A stretch of DNA of 64,000 nucleotides, from contig CAYOER010000001.1 of NCBI GenBank assembly GCA_964403205.1, forward strand, positions 14,037-78,036, given 5' to 3'. Source of the DNA: an uncultured Candidatus Saccharibacteria bacterium (GTDB lineage: Bacteria; Patescibacteriota; Minisyncoccia; Phycocordibacterales; PALSA-1337). The notes beneath the pieces were generated by a model. The model saw only the letters and a program-made list of their open reading frames with translations, made no database searches and was not told where the DNA came from. Shown piece by piece: positions 1 to 10,271 of this stretch (positions are counted from its first letter, which is position 1; every line of letters begins with the position of its first letter). Position numbers and translations under genes: made by a program.

Positions 1-2
1 TA

Positions 3-1988
3 CCTTTTGAAGATAATGGGTATGTATATACTTCTGTGGATGCCGGAGTATCTTGGACAAGACGAGATAGTGCAGGACAGCGTGCTTGGACAGTTATTAC
101 TTCATCATCAGACGGTATGAGATTGGCTGCTGGTAGCTATGATAATATTAATAATCCTAGTGGATACATATATACGTCTGCAGATGGCGGAGCAACATGG
201 ATACAGAGAACAGGAGTGGGATATCGTTCATGGTCATCTCTTTCTTCATCAGCCGATGGTATGAGATTGGCTGCTGGTGAGTGGGGTGTTGGTGGAAATA
301 TATATATATCTTCAGATGGTGGAGTGACTTGGGTACCGAGTTTAGGGTTAGAAAGTAATCATTCTTGGGCAGATATTGCTTCATCGAATGATGGTATGAA
401 ATTAGCAACTAATAGTTATGGTGGAAACATATATACTTCCACTGACGGTGGTTTATCATGGATACATAGATTTAATACTGGAGGTATTACATTACATTCA
501 ATTGCATCATCAGCTGATGGTATAAAGCTCATTGCAGGAGACCTTTATCATAATTATGTATCTATAGATAGTGGAATATCATGGATAATACAAGATCTTC
601 CTGTACCAGCTGTTTGGTGGAATTCATTTTCAGTATCTGATGATGGTACACGATTTGTAGCATCTGTAGATGGTGGATATATATATACTAGTTATACAGC
701 TATTCCTTCATCAACTTTTGACTACTCTCTCTCTAATGGTGGTAACAGATATATAACTCCAGGAAGTACAGTTACAAATCCTATAACTGCAAATCTAGTA
801 TCAGGTACAACACAACCAATCAATCTGTATATTTCAAGTATAAAAAATAGTTCAAATGTAGAAGTATTCAATCAAGTAAATGGTATCGGTACAACATCGA
901 GTGCCTTAACAATAAATCCTGTAACACCTACTCAATCAAGCACACTCACTCTCTCTGCAACCGCTGGAGTACCTGCTGGAGTGTATACAGTGAATGTAAA
1001 TGGTATAGGAGATGGAGTAGCTCGCTCAACAAGCTTTACCGTAACTGTAGAATCATATAACCTAACTCTCGAAGATGGTAATACAGGAAATGGTGGTGGT
1101 GCAGCGGGATGTACCACTGGCTCTATTGTATTGACTTGGGATAAGGTAACTGGAATAGATCATTATAAAGTATATAGACAAGCTGGTAGTGATCCAGAGA
1201 TAGTAGTAAATGCAAATATAGCACAACCTAGCTCAGGTACTACAGTAACCTATGCAGATCAAGATCTAGCATCAGGTATATATACATATAGGGTAGAGGG
1301 CCTTCTCTCAGATAATACAATAGTAAGTAGTTCTCAACCGCAATCACACTTTGCTCCTGTAGATCCAGCTAAATGTCTATCATGTGATAATTTCACAGTA
1401 CCAGCATCTGTAATAAGTGGAGGTTCTGCAAATCTAGTATGGAATTCTACTAATGCCACTTCTTGCACTATAAAAAATGGATCTGGAACAACTCTATATT
1501 CAACTGAAGATGGAGATGAGACAATATCTAATATTACTAATCCACAGACATATAGATTATCATGTAATGGTCCAGAACCGATCGGAGAAGATAATATGTG
1601 TAGTATAAATCGTAGTCTGGTAGTAAGTGTAGAAGATACTTTCCCTCTATGGTTAAATGGAGATAGAAATGATATATCAGACAGAATAAGGGTTGGGCGA
1701 GAAATACATTTGAATTGGGAGACAACAGGTAAAGTTTCTGGAACTATAGTTCCTGATACATGTACTGGTAAAATTAAGAAAAATGGTAGTGATAGTACAA
1801 TGTCAGGATGGACAAATACAAATCTTTCTAAAGATAATATTATAAATCCTTTTGATTTAACATTGAGTGAAAGAGGGGATTATCAATTGACAGTACGATG
1901 TGATAGAGATACAGGTACATTAACAGATAGTGTTACTAGTAATCCAGTAAATATTAAGGTAACTCAAAGTACAATACAAGAAAGATAA
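3..1988 (+). CDS. Large surface protein, 5'-truncated by the window; BNR/Asp-box beta-propeller repeats followed by Ig/FN3-like Ser/Thr-rich domains
   Basis: The frame is open from the window start (PFEDNGYVYTSVDAGVSW). Repeated Asp-boxes YTSADGGATW, YISSDGGVTW, YTSTDGGLSW, YVSIDSGISW; later LTWDKV..YKVYR..YTYRV (FN3-like). Confidence 0.75.
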   Translation, partial: PFEDNGYVYTSVDAGVSWTRRDSAGQRAWTVITSSSDGMRLAAGSYDNINNPSGYIYTSADGGATWIQRTGVGYRSWSSLSSSADGMRLAAGEWGVGGNIYISSDGGVTWVPSLGLESNHSWADIASSNDGMKLATNSYGGNIYTSTDGGLSWIHRFNTGGITLHSIASSADGIKLIAGDLYHNYVSIDSGISWIIQDLPVPAVWWNSFSVSDDGTRFVASVDGGYIYTSYTAIPSSTFDYSLSNGGNRYITPGSTVTNPITANLVSGTTQPINLYISSIKNSSNVEVFNQVNGIGTTSSALTINPVTPTQSSTLTLSATAGVPAGVYTVNVNGIGDGVARSTSFTVTVESYNLTLEDGNTGNGGGAAGCTTGSIVLTWDKVTGIDHYKVYRQAGSDPEIVVNANIAQPSSGTTVTYADQDLASGIYTYRVEGLLSDNTIVSSSQPQSHFAPVDPAKCLSCDNFTVPASVISGGSANLVWNSTNATSCTIKNGSGTTLYSTEDGDETISNITNPQTYRLSCNGPEPIGEDNMCSINRSLVVSVEDTFPLWLNGDRNDISDRIRVGREIHLNWETTGKVSGTIVPDTCTGKIKKNGSDSTMSGWTNTNLSKDNIINPFDLTLSERGDYQLTVRCDRDTGTLTDSVTSNPVNIKVTQSTIQER

Positions 1989-2015
1989 AAGGTACCTAGT
2001 ATGATATAAAAAAGG

Positions 2016-2050
2016 AAGCTCCCTGACCATGTGATAGTCTGGGAGCTTTT
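2016..2050. terminator. Intrinsic terminator hairpin between convergent genes
   Basis: AAGCTCCC...GGGAGCTT inverted repeat flanked by A and T tracts. Confidence 0.7.
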
Positions 2051-2061
2051 GATAATGAGTG

Positions 2062-3054
2062 TCACAGTCCTTTCACTCGAAAGAAACTGCGCTGTGAACT
2101 CGGAAGGGTGATTTCGAAAGCCTGTTCTCCATAGTAATCAGGTATCCTCTCAACCCTATAGACCTCAGTCCAAGTGGTAAAGTTCGTAGACTCTTCTAAA
2201 AGGAGTGTTCTGAAGGAGTCTCCTCCTAATACCCTGATGGTAACTGTACCATCAAGATTATTGGTGATGCTCGTACGAATAGGGATGATCCCGGGTCTTT
2301 CGACTCCAGAACCATCTACTACTCTGTATGCACCATCATTTACTATGAGCTTGAATCTATTAGGCTCACCGGTAAGAAATCTGGTCTCAATGAACAACAG
2401 TTCATTTGCTCTATCAACCCAACCAATTTCTGGATCTGGATTGTTCTTGGAGTCCTTTACTCCCCAACTAATGATGTTACCGTTCTCGTCATAAGGCTGT
2501 TGAACAGCCCAACGGATTGTTGGAATGAAAAATACAAGTTTTGGTACGATTGGCATTTTGTATCCAGACAGATCTGGAATATTGTATTTTCCACTTACAC
2601 TACTATACTGAAATTCAAGAGTTGATAAGTATTCAAAGAAGTCAAAAAACTCCATACGCCCAGCTCTACCTACGAGACCATCAGCATAAGCATGGATAAT
2701 GAATTCCTTGCTGAAATCAGCATTGGTATTTGTAAGTGTTTGATTCAATACCTCACTGAGCTTCGATTGAAACATAGCATCAACTTCAGCTTTACTCTTG
2801 AATCGAGGATTATCAACGAAAGTTCTACCTGTAACAAAGAGTTGATTATCACTCTGTCTTCTCTGCATTGCAAAGATAACAAAGGATGATCTACAGTTTG
2901 TCGCTGCATAGTTTTCCACATCGTCGAATGGAAGAGAGAGAACTGTTCCACCCTGCACCACCTGAGCTTTTGCTTCGATGGTGATTGAGATGATGACTGA
3001 AATCGCGATCAGGAGGATCGCGATGAACCGAAACCAACGATTGATCGTGTTCAC
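2062..3054 (-). CDS. Secreted hypothetical protein with a Verrucomicrobia-like C-terminal motif
   Basis: Likely GTG start at 3054 after SD AAAGGA. Signal peptide ..ITIEAKAQ; C-terminus LLEESTNFTTW...QRSFFRVKGL; GC visibly higher than the flanks. Confidence 0.65.
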   Translation of the reverse strand: MNTINRWFRFIAILLIAISVIISITIEAKAQVVQGGTVLSLPFDDVENYAATNCRSSFVIFAMQRRQSDNQLFVTGRTFVDNPRFKSKAEVDAMFQSKLSEVLNQTLTNTNADFSKEFIIHAYADGLVGRAGRMEFFDFFEYLSTLEFQYSSVSGKYNIPDLSGYKMPIVPKLVFFIPTIRWAVQQPYDENGNIISWGVKDSKNNPDPEIGWVDRANELLFIETRFLTGEPNRFKLIVNDGAYRVVDGSGVERPGIIPIRTSITNNLDGTVTIRVLGGDSFRTLLLEESTNFTTWTEVYRVERIPDYYGEQAFEITLPSSQRSFFRVKGL

Positions 3055-3261
3055 GATCTTCCTTTCTCTTTTAATTGTTATTGTTCCATAGATTTCACTC
3101 ATTAGACGTCAATGAGCTGAATCTGTCAAGATTATAGCACAGGTAAATTAAAAGTAAAGGAATTAATAAGTCAAGTGGAAAACTCTATATTTTAGCTATA
3201 AAATAAGACGCAATTATCTAATTTAATACAATTTAAACATAATTTATGATAATATGTATTT

Positions 3262-4125
3262 ATGAGTAAGGAAATTATAGAAAAATTGGAAAAATTGAAA
3301 CTATTTCTAGATACTAAAAATAATGTTCTAGCTGCATTTTTATTTGGTTCATATGCTAAGGATATGACTCATAGGGAATCAGATATAGATATTGCTATAT
3401 ATTTTAATCCGGAAGGTAAAGATGTGGAATACGAAGAAGAAAGACAATATGATGGAGAGGATGAATTATGGTCAGAAATTGAAAAAATATTAGAGATAAA
3501 GACAGATATGGTTGTATTGAACAGAGCATCATCAACTCTTGCAGACTCTATTATAAAGACTGGGAAATTACTCATAATGAAAGATCAAAAGTATTTTACT
3601 AGATTCACAAATGTAATAAATGAAGCTGCTGATTATTATAGAGATTATATGGATGATTTTCTTAAAATAAAAGAAAGATCAAATTCATTGAGTCTTACTG
3701 ATAAAGAAAGGCTAATTAAAATAACAGAATTTCTGGAACAAGAAATTAAGGATTTTCCTATTTTCAGGCAAATTGATCAGATAAAATATCAAAATGATAG
3801 AGGAACAAAAAGAAATATGGAAAGATGGGTTGAAAATATTGTCAATTCTAGTATAGATATAGCAAAGATCATTCTTGCTTCAGAGAAAAAACTTATTCCT
3901 AATACATATAAAACAATTTTAGAGAATCTAATTGAGGTAAATAATTTTGATTTAGAAAAAGCTAAGGCTCTTGGAAGATTTGCAAAAATTAGAAATATTC
4001 TCGCTCATGAATATCTTGATCTAAGGTTCAATAAGATTAGGGAATTCCTAGCTAATTCAGAAGAATACTATTCTTATCTCGTTTCTTTTTCAAGAGATTT
4101 TATTAAAAAAGATAAGGAAATCTAA
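3262..4125 (+). CDS. Fused minimal nucleotidyltransferase (MntA-like) and HEPN/DUF86 (HepT-like) toxin-antitoxin protein
   Basis: N-terminal LFGSYA...SDIDIA (MNT GSx10DxD); C-terminal RNILAHEY (HEPN RX4HXY). Confidence 0.85.
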   Translation: MSKEIIEKLEKLKLFLDTKNNVLAAFLFGSYAKDMTHRESDIDIAIYFNPEGKDVEYEEERQYDGEDELWSEIEKILEIKTDMVVLNRASSTLADSIIKTGKLLIMKDQKYFTRFTNVINEAADYYRDYMDDFLKIKERSNSLSLTDKERLIKITEFLEQEIKDFPIFRQIDQIKYQNDRGTKRNMERWVENIVNSSIDIAKIILASEKKLIPNTYKTILENLIEVNNFDLEKAKALGRFAKIRNILAHEYLDLRFNKIREFLANSEEYYSYLVSFSRDFIKKDKEI

Positions 4126-4196
4126 CTAATTCTTATATATATATATTGTATCTATTATTCAATATTAATCAATTAGGTTAATATTTTATTAACATT

Positions 4197-5180
4197 TTAT
4201 TTTTTTAATATTTTCTTATCAAAAACATTCTTTTCATCAATATGCTGATGTAAATTCTTTATTTCCTGATATGCATTATTGAGGTCTTTTGTTAATTCCC
4301 TAATCTTCTCCATTTGATACATTCCATTTATTACATTTTTAATAAGGGTAATACCTATAAATATAGATATGATAAATACAGCAATACTTATGTATAGTTC
4401 ATTACTATTTTCAGAAAGAATTGTACGGAATAAAAGAAATATCCAAAGTATAAAAATAGCTGTTTCAATTGCAATGATTTTTATATTGAAAAGTCTGTGC
4501 TTTGTGATGGCGTAGGAGATAATAGAAATCCATATAATACTTGAGAGCGGGCTTGTCCAATCATAATTAAATATACCTAATCTCGGTAACACGAGACTAG
4601 TAATTAATGGTGGTATAAATCCAATTATAAATACTATAATCATGAAATTAAGATTTATTATGATTTGCTTATCAATAGTTTCTCTCAGTTTTTTATATAT
4701 AATATTTATCCCAATTAAAAAAATTGTAATAAAATTAATATCGAAAATAAACCAAAGTGGACCATATTCCCAACTTGGATAATTATTACTCTGTATCGTT
4801 ATAACATTACCAATAATTAAATTTGTAAAGAATAATAGATAGAAAATTAATATTAATGATAATATTAATGGATATACAATATTATCTTGTATTTTATTTT
4901 CATACGGGTATGAAATTACAAATAATAAGAATATATTAACCATTATAAATGCTAGAAAATAACTTAATTTTATAACTAAATTTGTCATATATATATCTTC
5001 TGTCATTACTGATAAATTAGCTATTCCTATAATAAAGCTCCACATAGAAAGAAAGAGAGATAAATATGAAAATAAACGTACTGACTGAATTTTTTTACCT
5101 AAATAATATAAACCTATTGAAAAAACAATAAGTATAGCTCCAGCTGACCAATCAATAATTGAATGTAAATTTGTATCCAT
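4197..5180 (-). CDS. HisKA_7TM-type multi-pass membrane receptor lacking a kinase domain
   Basis: Multiple hydrophobic helices and YAITKHRLFNIK motif shared with the kinase at 6848; ends in a short coiled coil with no H-box. Confidence 0.7.
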   Translation of the reverse strand: MDTNLHSIIDWSAGAILIVFSIGLYYLGKKIQSVRLFSYLSLFLSMWSFIIGIANLSVMTEDIYMTNLVIKLSYFLAFIMVNIFLLFVISYPYENKIQDNIVYPLILSLILIFYLLFFTNLIIGNVITIQSNNYPSWEYGPLWFIFDINFITIFLIGINIIYKKLRETIDKQIIINLNFMIIVFIIGFIPPLITSLVLPRLGIFNYDWTSPLSSIIWISIISYAITKHRLFNIKIIAIETAIFILWIFLLFRTILSENSNELYISIAVFIISIFIGITLIKNVINGMYQMEKIRELTKDLNNAYQEIKNLHQHIDEKNVFDKKILKK

Positions 5181-5321
5181 AAGTTTTAATTTAACATTAT
5201 ATCCATTTTAAATAAATATCAATTATTTACTTAAATGTTGTACTTAATGTATAATAATAAGAAAATGACTGAGTTCTATTTAGTATTTTATAATATTAAA
5301 TAATTCAATAACTTAATTAAT

Positions 5322-6026
5322 ATGTTAACACCAAGATTTTGGAAGAGATATTTTGAGGAATATGATTTGTTAAATGAACTTACTCCGTACAGAGAATTAT
5401 TAGATGCGATTTGTGTACGTGCTAATATTAATACTGGTAACAACATACTTGATGTAGGTTCTGGTACTGGAAATTTATCTATAAAACTTGAGAAGTATGG
5501 TGCGATTGTAACAGGTATAGATTTTTCCAAGGAAGGACTAGAAATTCATAGGAAAAAATCAAATATAACAGAGTTAATTTATGGGGATATTAATCAACCA
5601 CTTCCTTTTTCTAATGACCAGTTTGAAACGGTTGTTTCAAATAATGTGCTTTATACCGTTTCTAGGAATGAACGTTTAACTGTAATGAAAGAACTTTATC
5701 GTGTTCTTAAACCTGGAGGTCGTATTATTGTTTCTAATGTGGTTGAGGGTTTTAGGCCACATGTTATTTATTTTGATCATGTCAATAGTCTTATTAAAAA
5801 AATAGGTATTTTTAAAGCTTTTATTGTTGTATTGAAATTATCTCGGTCGACGATTAAGATTTTATATTACAATTATAAGATTAATATGGAAAATAGACAC
5901 GGTGTGTATGATTTTTTTGGTTTAGGAGAACAGAAGAAATTACTAGAGGAATCAAAGTTTAAGAATGTGTCAGAAGACTATATTTTATATAGTGGTCAAG
6001 CTGTTTTAAATTGGGGTATAAAATAG
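5322..6026 (+). CDS. Class I SAM-dependent methyltransferase
   Basis: ILDVGSGTG motif I, GIDFS, LPFSNDQFETV, YRVLKPGG. Confidence 0.9.
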   Translation: MLTPRFWKRYFEEYDLLNELTPYRELLDAICVRANINTGNNILDVGSGTGNLSIKLEKYGAIVTGIDFSKEGLEIHRKKSNITELIYGDINQPLPFSNDQFETVVSNNVLYTVSRNERLTVMKELYRVLKPGGRIIVSNVVEGFRPHVIYFDHVNSLIKKIGIFKAFIVVLKLSRSTIKILYYNYKINMENRHGVYDFFGLGEQKKLLEESKFKNVSEDYILYSGQAVLNWGIK

Positions 6027-6089
6027 GTGATTATTTTCCATCATGTTAGGATTAAGATATATTAATAATAATGTTATAATATTTTTATC

Positions 6090-6842
6090 ATGGTTGTATA
6101 TAGAAGTTTAAAAATTTGCAGTAATAACTTATACGAAACTATTGTATTCGGAGAAGCAATAACAAATGAAGAACTTCAGGAAGTATATCGTTTCCGTTAT
6201 GATGTATATTCTGATAAAGATTATATTGACAAGGATAAATATTCTTACGGAATTGAAAAAGATGAATATGATGAACAGAGATTCTGTCGTTATTTTGTTG
6301 CAAAAATTAATGAGAGGTTAATTGGTACGATAAGAATTATTACATGTGACCCTCTTCCGACTGAGTATAGTTTTTCTTTTGAGGAACCAGAAATTATGAA
6401 ATCTATTCCACGATCTCAACGTGTAGAACTTGGTAGGTTTATTATAATTTCTCCGTACAAACAGAATGGAATTTATCTACCTCGTGGCCTAGTTATGTTA
6501 TTTTTGTTAGATATTCTAAGTTCATATGGTCTTAGAAATAATTTTTTAGGAGGTTATGCTTTTATTAAAACAAGCTTAGAGCGTAAAATGAATAAATTAA
6601 ACTTACCTATCAGAAAAATACCGATTTATCATCAAATATATCCTAAACAAGGAATTCTTTATAAATATTTTACACAAAAAGATGATCCAGTTATTCCTAT
6701 CTATTTTTTGACCAAAGATTTTGCAGATTATTCGAATTCAAGAATCAGAAATTCGTTAATGTTCAGTAAAATTAATGATAACGATTATGTGCTGCATAAT
6801 AATTTATATACTCAATTTTTGAAAATGCTTAAAATTATTTAA
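6090..6842 (+). CDS. GNAT-fold acyltransferase of the LuxI / FeeM N-acyl amino acid synthase type
   Basis: EVYRFRYDVY, IEKDEYDE, GTIRII, LPTE and VELGRF match the AHL-synthase/FeeM motif series. Confidence 0.75.
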   Translation: MVVYRSLKICSNNLYETIVFGEAITNEELQEVYRFRYDVYSDKDYIDKDKYSYGIEKDEYDEQRFCRYFVAKINERLIGTIRIITCDPLPTEYSFSFEEPEIMKSIPRSQRVELGRFIIISPYKQNGIYLPRGLVMLFLLDILSSYGLRNNFLGGYAFIKTSLERKMNKLNLPIRKIPIYHQIYPKQGILYKYFTQKDDPVIPIYFLTKDFADYSNSRIRNSLMFSKINDNDYVLHNNLYTQFLKMLKII

Positions 6843-6847
6843 ATATA

Positions 6848-8440
6848 ATGGATACCTTTATTTTCTCAATTTTATCTGTAGTTGCTGTTACTAATATAAT
6901 ATTAGGGGGTATTATTTTTTCACGCGGTCTTAAAGTGTTTTCAAATATTTTATTTGGGCTTATAGCATTAACTGCAGCTATTTGGAGTATTGCCATTGTT
7001 GGCTTTTATTCAGAGCAATTTGGAGGAGCTATAAATTGGGTATTATTTACACATACTGCAGCTATACTCATTTCATCATTTTTTTTAGCATTTTCAGTCA
7101 ATTTTCCTCAAAAATTACCAAATAGAAATTATATAATTTCAATTTCAGCAATAGTTACTTTTTTATTAGTCTTTTTTATCTTCTTTAGTGATTATATTGT
7201 TGGTAACACAGAAAATAATACCTATTTTATAGGTATTGCTTATTCGGTCTATGCTTTTTTTATTAGTATTTTTTTTATATCAGGTTTTTTATTTTTATGG
7301 GAACAACTGAAATTATCTAATGATAGTAATCAAAAGAAACAAATTAAATATATATTTGTAGGCACACTTATTTCTTCTGTTCTTGCTATTATACCTGATT
7401 TGATTTTACCTTATTTCAATATTTTTCAATTTACTTGGTTAGGCCCTATTTTTACTCTAATAATGGTCGTTTCTCTTTTTTTAGCTATGCTTAAATATCG
7501 TCTCTTTAATATTAAGGTAGTTTTGACTGAAGTTATAAGTGTTTTGATTGTGATGGCTTTGTTAGTAGAATTATTATTAGCCCAGACACCAACAGAGATC
7601 TTACTTAAATCAGTTGTCTTAGCTATTGTAACAGTATTTAGTTTTTTACTTATCAAAAGTGTTATCAAGGAGGTCGCTCAGCGTGAAAATATTGAAAAAC
7701 TTGCTATAGAACTTCAAAAAGCTAATGATAGATTGAAGGATCTAGATAAACAGAAAAGCGAATTCGTCTCTTTTGCTACACATCAGCTTCGTGCGCCACT
7801 TACTGCTATGAAGGGTTATGCTTCGCTCATACTGGAAGGTGATCTCGGTAATATATCAGAGGAAATTAGGAATGCTATTTCGAGAATATTCAATTCATCA
7901 GAAACATTGACACATATTGTAGATGATTATCTCAATATTTCCAGAATCGAACTCGGTACTATGAAATATACTTTTGAAAATCTAGATTTGAGGGAGCTTG
8001 TGGATGATGTTATAGCAGAGCTCAAACCAAATATAGAAAAGAGTGAGACTAAACTTTCATTTATAGTAGATAGACAGAAGAAATTCCTAGTTCGTGCTGA
8101 TAAAGATAAATTTAAGCAGATTATTGCAAATATAATAGATAATTCTGTCAAATATACAAAGGCGGGTATAGTTACAGTCAAACTTGATAAAATAGATAAT
8201 ATTAAAATATTATTATCAATTAAGGATAATGGTATAGGTATAGCACCAGAGATTATGCCGAGACTCTTTGCAAAATTCTCCAGAGCTGATAATGCAAATA
8301 AGAAAAATATACATGGCACTGGACTAGGACTCTTCGTAGCAAAGGAAATAGTCAATGCACATAGGGGACGTATCTGGGCCGAATCCGAGGGAGAAGGGAA
8401 GGGCTCGATATTCTTTGTAGAATTGGAGGGAGGGGAATAG
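6848..8440 (+). CDS. 7TM-domain sensor histidine kinase
   Basis: N-terminal TM helices; H-box FATHQLRAPLT, N-box NIIDNSVKYT, G1 DNGIGI, G2 GTGLGL. Confidence 0.92.
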   Translation: MDTFIFSILSVVAVTNIILGGIIFSRGLKVFSNILFGLIALTAAIWSIAIVGFYSEQFGGAINWVLFTHTAAILISSFFLAFSVNFPQKLPNRNYIISISAIVTFLLVFFIFFSDYIVGNTENNTYFIGIAYSVYAFFISIFFISGFLFLWEQLKLSNDSNQKKQIKYIFVGTLISSVLAIIPDLILPYFNIFQFTWLGPIFTLIMVVSLFLAMLKYRLFNIKVVLTEVISVLIVMALLVELLLAQTPTEILLKSVVLAIVTVFSFLLIKSVIKEVAQRENIEKLAIELQKANDRLKDLDKQKSEFVSFATHQLRAPLTAMKGYASLILEGDLGNISEEIRNAISRIFNSSETLTHIVDDYLNISRIELGTMKYTFENLDLRELVDDVIAELKPNIEKSETKLSFIVDRQKKFLVRADKDKFKQIIANIIDNSVKYTKAGIVTVKLDKIDNIKILLSIKDNGIGIAPEIMPRLFAKFSRADNANKKNIHGTGLGLFVAKEIVNAHRGRIWAESEGEGKGSIFFVELEGGE

Positions 8441-8459
8441 TGTGATACAATATTTCCTT

Positions 8460-10250
8460 ATGAAAAAATTAGGGGAAAATGTGTCCAATGCTCAAGTTAT
8501 AAAGCATATGTGGAACGGTACAAAATCATATCGTCCATATTTTTCTATATCCTATATTCTATTTAATTTAGCTAATATTATAGGTATATTAGTACCACTT
8601 TATTATAAAGATTTCTTTGATATTCTCAGTAAATCAGATGATCGTGCATTACTCGTTCCATCACTTATAAAGATTGTAATAATAATAGCTATTATACATT
8701 TTACAACATGGTTAATCTGGAGGATTGGTACATATTTCTATAATAAATCAGTATCAAGAGTTATGGCACTTTTGAAACAGAATGCTTTTGATTATATGAT
8801 GCGTCATTCTTATAACTTTTTTACCAATAATTTTACCGGTAGTCTAGTACAGAGATTAAATAGATTCAGCCGTGCTTTCGAAGCATTGAATGATACTCTA
8901 GTATTCAATATTTTCCCTCTGATTATAGCTATAGTAAGCTCTATAATAGTTACATATTTCATAGCACCTATTATTTCTCTTGTAATTACAATATGGGTTA
9001 TATTATTTATGATATTTAATATTTCTTTTTCAATTTGGAAATTGAAATATGATACAGCTGTGGCTGAAGCGGATTCTCGTACTAGTGGTTATCTATCTGA
9101 TTCTATTACTAATAATAATGCTATTATGCTTTTCACTGGTAATAGATATGAAACAATAGGATTCAATAAAGTATCAGATGATCAATCAAATAAAACCTTT
9201 CTAACCTGGACATTGAATGAAGTTTCAGATGCAGTGCAAGTAATTCTTATTGGTACTGTAGAATTTTTTGTATTTTATTTTTCTATTAAGTATTGGCAGA
9301 ACGGTCTAGCTACAGTCGGTACATTCGTATTGGCACAGACATATATTATAGGACTTTCACATCAGCTATGGGGTGTTGGTAGAGCTGTACGCAAGATCTA
9401 TGAAAGCTTTGCAGATTCAAAGGAAATGGTAGGAATATTAGAAATGCCATATGAGGTAAAGGATATACCAAATGCAAAAAATATTATTGTGAAAAATGGT
9501 GAAATAATCTTCAAAAATGTAACTTTTGCCTTCAATGAAACAAGAGAAGTAATAAAAGATTTAAATATTACAATAAAATCTGGTGAGAAAATAGCTATTA
9601 TAGGACCATCTGGAGCGGGGAAGACGACTTTTATTCGTCTTATTATGAGATTATACAATATAACATCTGGATCTATCTCCATTGATAATCAAGATATACA
9701 TACTGTAACTCAAGACAGTCTAAGAGATAATATAAGTCTCGTCCCTCAGGATCCTGTACTTTTTCACCGTACTCTCTTAGAGAATATCCGTTATGGAAAA
9801 AGAAATGCAAATGATGAAGAGGTGATAGAGGCAGCCAGACTAGCGCATTGTGATGAATTCATAGAAACTTTACCATTGAAATATAATACCTATGTCGGCG
9901 AGCGTGGAATAAAGCTTTCTGGTGGAGAACGTCAGAGAGTAGCTATTGCTAGAGCAATATTGAAGAAAGCTCCAATACTCATATTAGATGAGGCTACATC
10001 TAGTTTAGACTCTCATTCTGAAGCTCTGATACAGGATGCATTGGACAATCTTATGAAAAATTGTACAACTATTGTTATTGCTCATCGTCTATCAACAATA
10101 AAGAAAATGGATAGGATAATAGCCATGAAAGATGGGAAAATAGTAGAAGAGGGAACACATGATGAACTTGCAAATATGGATAGTGGATTATATAAAAAGT
10201 TATGGGATCTGCAGGTAGGTGGGTTTATAAAAGAAGAGGAAGGGGAATAG
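8460..10250 (+). CDS. ABC exporter, fused permease and ATPase (MsbA/Sav1866-like)
   Basis: Six-TM domain, GPSGAGKT, LSGGERQR, ILDEATSSLD. Confidence 0.92.
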   Translation: MKKLGENVSNAQVIKHMWNGTKSYRPYFSISYILFNLANIIGILVPLYYKDFFDILSKSDDRALLVPSLIKIVIIIAIIHFTTWLIWRIGTYFYNKSVSRVMALLKQNAFDYMMRHSYNFFTNNFTGSLVQRLNRFSRAFEALNDTLVFNIFPLIIAIVSSIIVTYFIAPIISLVITIWVILFMIFNISFSIWKLKYDTAVAEADSRTSGYLSDSITNNNAIMLFTGNRYETIGFNKVSDDQSNKTFLTWTLNEVSDAVQVILIGTVEFFVFYFSIKYWQNGLATVGTFVLAQTYIIGLSHQLWGVGRAVRKIYESFADSKEMVGILEMPYEVKDIPNAKNIIVKNGEIIFKNVTFAFNETREVIKDLNITIKSGEKIAIIGPSGAGKTTFIRLIMRLYNITSGSISIDNQDIHTVTQDSLRDNISLVPQDPVLFHRTLLENIRYGKRNANDEEVIEAARLAHCDEFIETLPLKYNTYVGERGIKLSGGERQRVAIARAILKKAPILILDEATSSLDSHSEALIQDALDNLMKNCTTIVIAHRLSTIKKMDRIIAMKDGKIVEEGTHDELANMDSGLYKKLWDLQVGGFIKEEEGE

Positions 10251-10271
10251 TGTTTTAATGAATGTATAATA

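Noticed and set aside
100-700. Repeated DNA segments (e.g. GGTATGAGATTGGCTGCTGGT) suggesting a CRISPR array or DGR
   Set aside because: They are in-frame propeller-blade repeats of the surface protein, with no constant repeat/unique spacer pattern and no reverse transcriptase or cas genes.
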